DNA from: Candidatus Adlerbacteria bacterium
Lineage (GTDB): Bacteria; Patescibacteriota; Minisyncoccia; Phycocordibacterales; SBAW01
DNA length: 64,000 bases
Assembly (NCBI GenBank): GCA_963796795.1
Contig: CAWCNA010000013.1
Coordinates: 11,571 to 75,570, forward strand
Direction: 5' to 3'
Within the stretch, counting starts at the first letter, position 1. Each line of letters opens with the position of its first letter. A program made the translations under genes and the position numbers. Under the pieces are notes generated by a model, which had not been told where the DNA came from, searched no databases, and worked only from the letters and a program-made list of their open reading frames with translations. Positions 46,886 through 56,533 of this stretch are shown here, in pieces.

Positions 46886-47453
46886 CTAATCCCTTGGGAT
46901 ATCCACGAACACCACCTTGCGAAGGAGCGTGTCGTGCGGCAGATAGAATGCCCAGGGCTTCAAGTAGTCCGGGGCGGGAGCATAGGTCTCCTTGACCATC
47001 CGCAGCCGCTGTGGGCCAGCCTGTTCGGTCTGCAGCCACGCATCCCAGAATGGAAAGAGGCTTGGACTGAGGTCCGCGGGAGCGTCGCCCGGCTTCTGGC
47101 ACAGCCCGTCGCTTCTGTTCCAGCGGCAAACCCCCCAGGCCTTCCGTTCGGTGTCGGCGAACTCGAGAATCATTTCCTGGATGGTAAACAAGTTGTAAGC
47201 CACCAGGCCATGGACTGCGCGCCTTTGCCAAGTCGGGTGTCCCACTGCGGGATTGATTGCCGACTCAGCCGCAGTCTTTCAGAGGAACGCCCACATCAGA
47301 AAATTCGAAGGAGATAGGCGTGTAGGGATCGGGGGGTACCCGTACCTGTTCGATGGTTTTCGTCCAGTCCTCCTCCTTGCCGTGACGGCGGATGAGAAAC
47401 GTCCCACCAAGGGCATCTTGCTCAGCTTGAATCGTGTCTCGAAGGTCGGCCAT
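46886..47453 (-). CDS. Two small hypothetical ORFs (62 aa and 119 aa), possibly one gene, in a GC-rich islet
   Basis: ORFs 47265..47453 and 46886..47245, 19 nt apart. Their GC (~57-60 %) is clearly higher than the flanking glycan genes (~40-48 %). No recognisable domain. Confidence 0.3.
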
Positions 47454-47593
47454 GGGCGTCCCCCTGTTCTATCGCTACAAACCCTGTAGCTGGGTACTTA
47501 ATCTACTTGCAGGCTACAACATATCTTAACTTTTGTCTGTATGGTCATCAAAGAACCCTTTCACCATAGAGAACGGTTATACTTCCTATACAC

Positions 47594-48851
47594 ATGTTTA
47601 CCGCTGCAAAACAACGCCTATACGATTTTTTACGTTGGACAGAGAGATATACCAAGACAGATATGGTGCATTTTGTATGGAGCAATATATGGATGAATCT
47701 TGGCAGGATTATCGCGCTGGCTACAGGCCTGATACTAACCACTGCGTTCGCTAACCTTCTTTCGCCACAATTGTTCGGTACCTACCAATACGTCATTGCC
47801 GCAGCAAGCGTCGTTGGTGCATTCACTCTTAACAACATGAGCGGGGCGGTCATGCGCGCCGTAGCGCAGGGCAAACAACATGTGGTGCCCGCAGTCGTCC
47901 GTGCCATGATGCGCTGGAGCGTGCCGGCAAGTATCGTGAGCGCCGGCATAGGCGTTTATTACTTATTCCATGGCAATACGACGCTCGGCTACGGCTTCCT
48001 GTTTATTGCGGTGTTCAATGTCACCGCCAACGGGTATGGCCTGTCAAAATCGGTCATCATTGCAAAACAAGATTTTAAAAATTCCTTTGTCGTCGGCACT
48101 ATACGGAGTATGTTCCCTATCGTTGTCATAGTGGCAACTTTATTTTCTGACCAAAAATCTTGTTTGGATATTGTTCGCATACTTTTTCTCCAACGCATTT
48201 GGGGCGTGGGCACAATATATTTGGGCCCTCCGTCACTTTAAGATTAAAGGATCAAACGAGGATGTTAAAGAAACTGTTACGTTCGGCAAACATTTGAGTA
48301 TCATCGGTTTTTTCCTTATCGCGAGCGGACAGATAGACCAGATACTACTCTTCCATTTTTCAGGTGGCGCACAATTGGCAATTTATGCACTTGCCCTCAC
48401 GCCCGTGATGGAGGCACGAAATTTGCTGGACAATTTTCTTTCCATTCTCTTTCCAAAAATGGCAGCAAAGGATAAAGAGACAGCTCGTAAAACCATATCC
48501 TTACGCCTCAAACAACTTACCGTACTTGCAATCGTATTGACGCTTGCCTATATTCTGCTCGTTCCCATCCTATTTCACGTTTTGTTTCCTAAATACATAC
48601 CATCGATCTTAATCAGCCAAGTTCTTGCGCTTGTCATTCTTTTCGAGCCGCGCGGCGTTATTGATACCTACATAGTCGCACACGGAGAAATAAAGAAGCG
48701 CTACGTTGCAGTGCTCTCAAGCCAAGCAGTCGAGTTCGCGCTCTTCTGCGTCCTTATCCCTCTTTTTGGGCTCTGGGGAGCTGTGTGGGCTACAATACTT
48801 TCCGAAGCCGGCGCGTCCCTTTCGCTCTATTTGATTTATAAAACCTTATAG
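47594..48851 (+). CDS. wzx: Polysaccharide biosynthesis flippase (Wzx-like), apparent frameshift near 48171-48241
   Basis: Two overlapping ORFs, 47594..48241 and 48171..48851. Together they give about 420 aa with about 12 TM helices, typical of PF01943. Confidence 0.65.
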
Positions 48852-48852
48852 T

Positions 48853-49754
48853 ATGAGAAAAAATATTGTTATATCAAAACTCATCGGAGGCTTAGGTAAT
48901 CAAATGTTTCAATACGCATTCGCACGCGCTCTTGCGGAAAAAAATGCAGCGACATTGGCATTAGATATTTCTTGTTACGGCACAACATTTAATGCCTACG
49001 GTTTTCATCTATCCAACTTTGACATACAGGCAGAATATGCGTTCGAAAAAGAGATTACGTCCTTACGGAAACACAAAAGAAGAAATGGTACTCTGGGTAA
49101 ATTTCTCAATCTTTTTTTTGCTGATCCAAAAAAATATGTAGTGGAAAGAATGCAGACGTACGATCCTCATATGCTCGAACTCACACCTCCATGCTACGTC
49201 GAAGGCTATTGGCTCTCAGAAAAATATTTCATCGATAGTGCAGAAACCATACGGAGTGAATTTTCTCTCCAAACACCCTTGGGTGATTATTCAAAAATAA
49301 TAGCCGCACAGATTACATCGTCTCCTGAATCTATCGCGATCCATATCCGCCAAGGATTTGCGAAAGATATTGAACGCACGAAACAAAAAGACATCTCCCA
49401 CGTTTCCTGCTCCGTTGACTATTACACGGAAGCCATACGCATCATGAACGAACGAGTTCCCGGAGCATCTTATTTTATTTTTTTCCTGATGATGTCGAAT
49501 GGGCGAAACAACATATACAAACGGGCCGGCCGACAGTGTTCATTGGGCAAGGCTCAAGTAAGGATTATGAGGACCTTGAGCTGATGCGCCTCTGTACCCA
49601 CCATATTATTTCAAACAGTACGTTTGGCTGGTGGGCGGCATGGCTCTCCAAGCATGAAAAGGAATCGGTTACGATTGCCCCTAAAAAATGGACTACAAAA
49701 CCCTTTGATACCAAAGATCTTATTCCTGAACGCTGGATAACCCTTCCATATTAA
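48853..49754 (+). CDS. GT11 alpha-1,2-fucosyltransferase-like glycosyltransferase, frameshift at a T7 tract (~49476)
   Basis: N-terminal 'KLIGGLGNQMFQYAFARAL' is the GT11 motif I. The C-terminal part continues in ORF 49536..49754 ('HHIISNSTFGWWAAWL', GT11 motif). The break is at 'tttatttttttcc'. Confidence 0.7.
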
Positions 49755-49763
49755 TAGCCAGCG

Positions 49764-50516
49764 CTATTTCTTTTTTCCAAGAATTTTATTCCCAAGTTTT
49801 ATCAATGGAAGTGGAATCTTCCATATGAGCGGCACAATTTTATTCCATCGGCTTTCATAGTAAGTGTATATCTGCGGATGTACGAGTGCCAAAGCTTTGT
49901 CGTGGCCTATTTTAATTTCTTCTGCAAGTTTTGGATAGTTTGAAAGCTCACTTTCCTTTACATAAAACATAACGTTCTGCGCGTAGAAAAACGCAACGCG
50001 TGCGTCGCTCCATACGCGATGGCGCAGGCAATCGACAGGCACGTATCCTTGCTCCTTAAATCTCTCTTCCCAGTATGCCGGCCATTGCTCATTTATATGA
50101 TGCACTCCTTGTTGGCCAGGTATCGCCGCAGAAAATAAAATAACGGGTGCGGCATCTGTGAGATTTTTTACAAACGTTCGTGATGCCACATCCGAGAGAT
50201 GCTCCCCCACTTCGAGTGAAACTACGAGGTCGAATGTTCTTCCAAAAGTTAGTGGCTGTTCCAAATTAGCGCCGATAAATTTTTCCTTCGGGATAGAAAG
50301 TTTCTCTTTATCGACATACTCGCCGTCGTACCCGACAACATCTTCAATGCCGGTTTCCATAAAGGCCTTGAGCCACAGCCCCTGCCCGCATCCAATATCG
50401 AGTACTGATTTTGCTTGCACAAACTGCAGAGCAAGCGGAGCGACTACGCGGGCAGAGGAAAGATTGGCATCCTCCATGCCTGCAAAAAACGAGCCTGAAT
50501 AAAATGCTTCTGCCAT
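49764..50516 (-). CDS. Class I SAM-dependent methyltransferase
   Basis: 'VLDIGCGQGLW' motif I. 250 aa. Confidence 0.7.
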   Translation of the reverse strand: MAEAFYSGSFFAGMEDANLSSARVVAPLALQFVQAKSVLDIGCGQGLWLKAFMETGIEDVVGYDGEYVDKEKLSIPKEKFIGANLEQPLTFGRTFDLVVSLEVGEHLSDVASRTFVKNLTDAAPVILFSAAIPGQQGVHHINEQWPAYWEERFKEQGYVPVDCLRHRVWSDARVAFFYAQNVMFYVKESELSNYPKLAEEIKIGHDKALALVHPQIYTYYESRWNKIVPLIWKIPLPLIKLGNKILGKKK

Positions 50517-50576
50517 AGATGTATTCCGCAGTATACCAGTGCCGCCTCCAAGAAGGTATACTGGCCCAAAAGATAT

Positions 50577-52037
50577 ATGAGTTTTGTCGAACTGCGATTC
50601 CTTATTTTCTTCCCGACCGTCGTTGCATTGTTTTTACTGCTTCCCTACCGCTTCCGTTGGATTTTGTTGCTTATTTCAAGCTACATCTTTTATATGGCCT
50701 TCAAGCCGTCGTATGGCTTGTTACTTGCCGCAATAACGCTCATCGACTTCTTTGCAGGCTTAGCGATGAAAAATGAAATGAGGCCCCAGTATCGCAAGCT
50801 CTATCTTCTTTTAAGCCTTACGGCAAATCTCGGAATACTTTTTGTATTTAAATATTTCAACTTTTTCTTCGACTCGCTTGAGCATGTACTCCAGTTTGTA
50901 GGACATCCACAAACATTTCCAGCACTCTCAATCCTTTTACCTATCGGTATTTCATTCCACGTATTTCAAAGTTTAAGTTACACGATAGAGGTGTACAGGA
51001 AAAAATACGAACCGGTAACGCACCTGGGCAAGTTCGCTTTGTACGTAAGTTTCTTCCCACAATTAGCGGCGGGCCCCATTGAGCGACCACAAGGGCTGCT
51101 GACACAAATAATGGAAGGCCGCCCGTTCAATCTCGAACAGGCACAGAGCGGCCTGCGGCTCATGATGTGGGGATATTTTAAAAAACTTATGATTGCGGAC
51201 ACGCTGGCACCATTCATAAATAATGTGTATGGAAACCCAGGCGCGTATCCCGGGCCGACGTACATACTCGCGACCATGATGTTTGCGTACCAAATTTACT
51301 GCGACTTCTCGGGATATACCGATATCGCGCGAGGTGCCGCCCGCGTGTTCGGATATGAACTTGTTCTTAACTTCAACCGCCCCTTCCACGCCACATCAAT
51401 GGCAGACTTCTGGCGACGCTGGCATATCTCACTTTCGAGCTGGCTACGCGACTATCTCTATACACCGCTCGTATTTTCTGGAAAACGCATCACACAGACC
51501 CGCATATATTGGAGCCTGTTCATCACATTCGTATTAATAGGACTGTGGCACGGTGCCAACTGGACGTATGTACTCTTTGGCGCACTCCATGGAATATATC
51601 TCGTTGGAGAATTAGTGCTTACCGGTCCCGCACGCAAGTTCCCGCTTGCTGTCCCTCTATTTATAAAACGCATCACAGTATTTCTGCTCGTTTGTTTTTC
51701 ATATATCTTTTTCCGCGCTCCAACTGTTAGCGAAGCGTTTTCTATCGTCAAAGGACTCGGTAGTGAATGGCAGATATTTGTATCCAATCTCGCATCCAAT
51801 GCCGGACGCTTGCATGTACTCGCAATGGATATCGGGTGGAAGGGTTTGGCAATAGGACTTTCTTCAGTGTGCGTACTTGAAGTGGTGGAAGTGCTACACG
51901 AACGCGTGCCATTTGGTGAGAGGTTTGCATATACACCGGCCGTGGTTCGCGCAGTTTTGTATGCAGGCATCATTTCGATAATTTTACTGTTTGGAGCACT
52001 CGGCAACAGCCAGCAATTTATCTATTTCCAGTTCTAG
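50577..52037 (+). CDS. MBOAT-family membrane-bound O-acyltransferase (AlgI/DltB-like)
   Basis: 486 aa, multipass. Conserved His region 'FWRRWHISLSSWLRDYLYTPL'. Confidence 0.85.
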   Translation: MSFVELRFLIFFPTVVALFLLLPYRFRWILLLISSYIFYMAFKPSYGLLLAAITLIDFFAGLAMKNEMRPQYRKLYLLLSLTANLGILFVFKYFNFFFDSLEHVLQFVGHPQTFPALSILLPIGISFHVFQSLSYTIEVYRKKYEPVTHLGKFALYVSFFPQLAAGPIERPQGLLTQIMEGRPFNLEQAQSGLRLMMWGYFKKLMIADTLAPFINNVYGNPGAYPGPTYILATMMFAYQIYCDFSGYTDIARGAARVFGYELVLNFNRPFHATSMADFWRRWHISLSSWLRDYLYTPLVFSGKRITQTRIYWSLFITFVLIGLWHGANWTYVLFGALHGIYLVGELVLTGPARKFPLAVPLFIKRITVFLLVCFSYIFFRAPTVSEAFSIVKGLGSEWQIFVSNLASNAGRLHVLAMDIGWKGLAIGLSSVCVLEVVEVLHERVPFGERFAYTPAVVRAVLYAGIISIILLFGALGNSQQFIYFQF

Positions 52038-52059
52038 GACAACACACTATACTGGCAGC

Positions 52060-52389
52060 ATGCGCGGCATCGGTATAGACATGACACCCGTGGCTCGTAT
52101 GGAAGCCGCCCTCACTAATACCCAGTTTATGGCTAATACATTTACGGATATTGAACAAACCTACTGCAATTCATACAAAGATGCCGCGGTGCATTTTGCG
52201 GGGACATTTGCCGCAAAAGAAGCGGTGAGGAAAGCGACCAGCCTCTATCCAAAACTCAACGAAGTGGAAATACGGCGCACGGCTGAAGGCAAACCTGAGG
52301 TATGGATACAGGGCGCGCTGGAGTCATCACTGCTGATTTCTATAACACACACAGCAACTGATGCATGTGCTATAGCAATAGCGCAATAG
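52060..52389 (+). CDS. acpS: Holo-ACP synthase (4'-phosphopantetheinyl transferase, AcpS type)
   Basis: 'MRGIGIDMTPVARMEAAL...FTDIEQTYC...HFAGTFAAKEAVRKA...EVEIRRTAEGKPEV' follows the AcpS pattern. Confidence 0.7.
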   Translation: MRGIGIDMTPVARMEAALTNTQFMANTFTDIEQTYCNSYKDAAVHFAGTFAAKEAVRKATSLYPKLNEVEIRRTAEGKPEVWIQGALESSLLISITHTATDACAIAIAQ

Positions 52390-52440
52390 TTCGATATGAC
52401 TCACTACAAGTAATTATGTCTGAAATTAAAAAAATGTATC

Positions 52441-53460
52441 GTGCTCGACCTCGACAACACCCTTTGGGGCGGTGTTGTAGGAGAAGATGGTAAGGACGGA
52501 ATTTTGCTTTCCATTGATGAAAAAGGAGAAGCGTTTATTGCATTCCAACAAGCACTGCGCGACCTGTACGACCGCGGCATCATACTCGCGATAAACAGCA
52601 AAAATAATCCGGAGGATGCACTGGAGGTTATCCGCACACACCCAAACATGCTTTTGAAGGAGCCTCATTTCGCAGCAATGCGCATCAACTGGAATGACAA
52701 GGTGGACAATATGCGCGAACTCGCCGAAGAGTTAAATATTGGTCTCGACTCGATGGTGTTTCTCGACGACAGTGCGCTGCAGCGCGAGGCAGTAAAATCG
52801 GCACTTCCTGAAGTTGCAGTGCCGGACATGCCACAGGACCCCCGCGATTATACGCAGATGCTCTTGTCGCTCCCCTACTTCAATTCCAATACCCTGACCG
52901 ATGAGGACAAGATGCGCGGGAATTTTTATGTAACCGAACGCCTTCGTGCAAAAGCTGAAGGCCGCTTTGAAAACCGCGAGGCCTTTTTGGAAAGCCTTGG
53001 CCTACAGGTACGGGTAGTTCGCAATGACACGAATGCCATTTCGCGTATTTCACAACTGACTGGAAAAACAAATCAATTTAATACAAATAAAATTCCAAAA
53101 ACTGAAGAGGAAATTGCCGCATATATGGAGAGTGAGAATACGGACGTGTGGTATGCACAAGCCTCAGACCGCTTTGGCGACCACGGGATTATCGCGGTTG
53201 CCCTTCTACAAAAGAGCGGCGCCGTTTGGAATATAGAAACACTGCTGATGAGCTGCCGCGTGTTCGAGCGTGGTATTGAAGATGCATTTATATATGCCAT
53301 TGCAGAGGCAGCACAGGAGGAAGATGTGAGATCTATTGCATTTGATTTTGCACCGACCGAGAAAAACGATCCTGCTAAAACATTCTTAGACAACAAGACT
53401 ACAAATGGCATACTACAGGTACGGGACCAGAACCTGCCCCGCTGGATAACTCTTGTATAA
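52441..53460 (+). CDS. FkbH-like HAD-superfamily (subfamily IIIC) phosphatase / carrier-protein loading enzyme
   Basis: 'VLDLDNTLWGGVVGEDG' (HAD motif I, DxDxT) and 'ISQLTGKTNQFN' (FkbH hallmark). The likely true start is ATG 52416 ('MSEIKK'). An A7 tract at 52430-52436 causes a -1 frame offset relative to the expected 'MSEIKKCIVLDLDNT'. Confidence 0.75.
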   Translation: MLDLDNTLWGGVVGEDGKDGILLSIDEKGEAFIAFQQALRDLYDRGIILAINSKNNPEDALEVIRTHPNMLLKEPHFAAMRINWNDKVDNMRELAEELNIGLDSMVFLDDSALQREAVKSALPEVAVPDMPQDPRDYTQMLLSLPYFNSNTLTDEDKMRGNFYVTERLRAKAEGRFENREAFLESLGLQVRVVRNDTNAISRISQLTGKTNQFNTNKIPKTEEEIAAYMESENTDVWYAQASDRFGDHGIIAVALLQKSGAVWNIETLLMSCRVFERGIEDAFIYAIAEAAQEEDVRSIAFDFAPTEKNDPAKTFLDNKTTNGILQVRDQNLPRWITLV

Positions 53461-53463
53461 AAT

Positions 53464-53694
53464 ATGAAACAATTTGACGACATTGTGTACGAAATGCTGC
53501 GCATCGAGAAAGGTCCGAATATTGACGCCCTAACACCCAAGGATGTCCCGCACTGGGACTCCATGAACTACCTACTCTTTATTGCGGAGCTCGAAAAAGA
53601 ATACGGCGTTTCCTTCACCATGGACGAAGTACTCTCGGCTCAAAGCTTAGGCGATGTGCGTACGGCACTGCGAAACAAAGGCGCGAACGTATGA
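53464..53694 (+). CDS. Acyl/peptidyl carrier protein
   Basis: 76 aa. 'VPHWDSMNYLLFI' has the phosphopantetheine-attachment Ser in a D-S-L/M context. Confidence 0.75.
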   Translation: MKQFDDIVYEMLRIEKGPNIDALTPKDVPHWDSMNYLLFIAELEKEYGVSFTMDEVLSAQSLGDVRTALRNKGANV

Positions 53695-54131
53695 GTGACA
53701 TTCCAAAAGCTGCCGACCGAACATTTGAATCTATCCAGGTTGGCGAAACCTGCGTGCGGGAACGGATAATAACTGCCGAAGATATTGAAACGTTCGCCAA
53801 ACTCTCGGGCGATCATAATCCGCTGCATGTTGATGCAGCCTATGCGGCACAAACGCAATTTAAAAAACCCGTCGTACATGGCATGTTTCTCGGGGCGTTG
53901 GTTTCTGAACTAATCGGAATGCATCTGCCGGGGATGCGATGCCTGCTTGTAAAAGAAGCTCTTGAATTTAAATTGCCAGTTTTTGCCGGCGACACAGTCC
54001 GCATTGAGGGTGTCATCGTGCACAAAAGCGAAGCGGCAAAACTTCTTGAAATAAAAATAACAATTACTCGCGAGTTCGATACGGTTGTAGAAGGAGTGGT
54101 TCATACAAAAGTTTTACACCATGACGCCTAA
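53691..54131 (+). CDS. MaoC-like (R)-specific hot-dog dehydratase
   Basis: 'SGDHNPLHVD' and 'HGMFLGALVSELIG' are MaoC dehydratase motifs. Confidence 0.75.
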   Translation: MSDIPKAADRTFESIQVGETCVRERIITAEDIETFAKLSGDHNPLHVDAAYAAQTQFKKPVVHGMFLGALVSELIGMHLPGMRCLLVKEALEFKLPVFAGDTVRIEGVIVHKSEAAKLLEIKITITREFDTVVEGVVHTKVLHHDA

Positions 54132-54741
54132 TAAATACGCGCTTACAACTGGCGGTACAGGATATGTTGGTACTGCGGTCGTAGCAATGCTGATCAAAAA
54201 CGGTTTTGAGGTTGTTAACCTCGGCAGGAAGGAATGTAACCTGGCCGATCTAAAAAACGTATCTATCGTGGCAGAGAAAATTTTGAAGGAACGAGGCGCT
54301 CCCCAAGTTATTATCCATATGGCGTGCCCACCAACCACGCGTAAGGCGCTGGAAGATACAACTGAGGAAGAAAAAGCTACTGAATTTACAATTGCAGTAG
54401 ATATAGCGCGAGTGCTTGGTGAAATATTTTTGCCACATATGGCACCCGGTTCGAGCTTTATTGGGATTACAACCGCCTCGCTCGACAAGGCAGAACCGGA
54501 AAAAAACATCGGTGCATATATCCCAGCAAAGGCCGCATTGCGTTCACTTCAAAAAAAGCTCGCGGAAGATTGGGGCGACAAAGGCATACATGTGTATGAT
54601 GTCGCCCCAACGTTCTTGCCTGGCGGGTTAAATAAGGACCTACCAGAAGGCGTCCTCAACCTCCTTGCACGCCAGAAAGACGGTACCGTGCCCACCGCAG
54701 AAAGTGTGGCAAATACAATAGAAAAGCTTATTACGGGGTAA
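54121..54741 (+). CDS. SDR-family oxidoreductase (ketoreductase-like)
   Basis: 'TGGTGYVGTAV' Rossmann motif and 'YIPAKAAL' catalytic YxxxK. Confidence 0.7.
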   Translation: MTPNKYALTTGGTGYVGTAVVAMLIKNGFEVVNLGRKECNLADLKNVSIVAEKILKERGAPQVIIHMACPPTTRKALEDTTEEEKATEFTIAVDIARVLGEIFLPHMAPGSSFIGITTASLDKAEPEKNIGAYIPAKAALRSLQKKLAEDWGDKGIHVYDVAPTFLPGGLNKDLPEGVLNLLARQKDGTVPTAESVANTIEKLITG

Positions 54742-54781
54742 CTTTTATACTCCGCCTCGAGTCATATATACTGAAACCACA

Positions 54782-56533
54782 ATGTGCGGCATCATCAGTA
54801 TAATTGGAAAAGGTGCCGTAGAGGCCTCGCTTGAGGAGGCTATTGCGACACTTAAACATCGCGGGCCCGACAGCCACGGCTCCATGCAATTTGATGGCGC
54901 AGCGCTCGGACATACGCGCCTGGCTATTATCGACCTCTCGCCCTCGGGGCATCAGCCGATGCGCGATAATGCAAAAAATATTGCTATCACTTTTAATGGT
55001 GAAATCTACAACTACAAAGAGCTGCGTGCCGAACTTGAGGCAAAGGGGCACACATTTTCTACGCCTTCAGATACAGAAGTAATTTTAAAAGCGTACGAGG
55101 AGTATGGCAGCGAGTGCCCAAAAAAGTTGGACGGCATGTTCGCGTTTGTTATCTGGGATGATGAGAAAAAAGAAGCTTTTATGGCACGCGACCGCTTTGG
55201 CAAGAAACCTCTTTTCTATGCACATACGCCTGATGGAAAATTGGTTGCGGGTTCGGAGATAAAAGCGCTCAAGGCAGCTGGCGTACAACCAGAAATTGAC
55301 CCCCAAGGTATTGATGCGTATTTAACTCTTATGTATGTGCCACCGTGGCGTACGGTATATAAAAACGTGCACGTGATACTCCCCGGACACTCTGCAACGT
55401 ATAAAGACGGAAAACTTGAAACAAATATCTATTGGCAGCTTGAACGTAAACCTATTTCGATATCATATGAGGATGCAAAAAAAGAACTGCGCCGACTTTT
55501 TGCACAGTCGGTCAAAAAGCGCATGGTTGCCGATGTTGAAGTGGGCGCTTTTCTCTCCGGCGGCGTTGATTCAACCTTGGTTACTGCATACGCACAAAAG
55601 ATTTCTTCAAAACCCATACAAACATTTTCGCTCGGGTATGGAGATCTAATAAACGAGCTTCCATTCGCGCAGGAAGCCGCTGACACATTGAAAACAAATC
55701 ATCATACACTCCAGGCAAGCGGCGACCTTATCCATGAATTAGAAGCTTCACTCTCATATTTTGACGAGCCCCATGGTGACACCGCATCATTCCCCCAACA
55801 TATGCTCTCGCGGGAAACGGCAAAAAGCGTCAAGGTCGCGCTTTCAGGCGAAGGCGGCGACGAGATGTTCCTTGGCTACGGTCGATATTTTTCGTACTGG
55901 CACACCAACAAGCTGTCACGGCTTAGAAATATGCTGTTCTCAAATCAATACAAAGATTTTCTAAAACAAAGTACTGTCTTCCCTCTTTCTTTGCGGAAAG
56001 ATTTACAAAAAGACACTTCGAATCTTTGGACTGAACCCATGGATACCATGGTTCAGGGTTTCAAGGGCACGACGCTTGAGCGCATGGACCTCTTCGATCT
56101 CACGACTCATATGCCCGGGATGTTACTCACCAAAGTGGACGAAATGGGCATGATGCATGGACTCGAAATTCGCTGTCCGTTTCTGGATTATGAACTTGCG
56201 GAGTTTGCGTTCAATCTGCCCCTCGAATATAAGACCAACGGGAGTACCGGGAAAATCATTTTAAAAGATCTTCTAGCAGAAATTATGCCGCGTGAGTTCG
56301 TCGATAGAAAAAAACAGGGTTTTGGTGCGCCAGTACGAAAATGGCTGCAGGAACCCGCGCTGCGCACATATGTCGAAAAGATCTTCAAAGATGCACGAGT
56401 CTACCAGTATCTCGACGCCGCTCGTGTTCAGGCATTTATCAAAAAAACCTACGCAAGCCAAAAACCAAAAGCCTACTATCAGCTCTGGACCTTGCTGTGC
56501 CTCGAGATTTGGCTAAAGAAACATGACTATTAG
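54782..56533 (+). CDS. Asparagine synthetase B-type glutamine amidotransferase
   Basis: N-terminal nucleophile 'MCGIISI'. PP-loop 'GAFLSGGVDSTLV'. 583 aa. Confidence 0.9.
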   Translation: MCGIISIIGKGAVEASLEEAIATLKHRGPDSHGSMQFDGAALGHTRLAIIDLSPSGHQPMRDNAKNIAITFNGEIYNYKELRAELEAKGHTFSTPSDTEVILKAYEEYGSECPKKLDGMFAFVIWDDEKKEAFMARDRFGKKPLFYAHTPDGKLVAGSEIKALKAAGVQPEIDPQGIDAYLTLMYVPPWRTVYKNVHVILPGHSATYKDGKLETNIYWQLERKPISISYEDAKKELRRLFAQSVKKRMVADVEVGAFLSGGVDSTLVTAYAQKISSKPIQTFSLGYGDLINELPFAQEAADTLKTNHHTLQASGDLIHELEASLSYFDEPHGDTASFPQHMLSRETAKSVKVALSGEGGDEMFLGYGRYFSYWHTNKLSRLRNMLFSNQYKDFLKQSTVFPLSLRKDLQKDTSNLWTEPMDTMVQGFKGTTLERMDLFDLTTHMPGMLLTKVDEMGMMHGLEIRCPFLDYELAEFAFNLPLEYKTNGSTGKIILKDLLAEIMPREFVDRKKQGFGAPVRKWLQEPALRTYVEKIFKDARVYQYLDAARVQAFIKKTYASQKPKAYYQLWTLLCLEIWLKKHDY

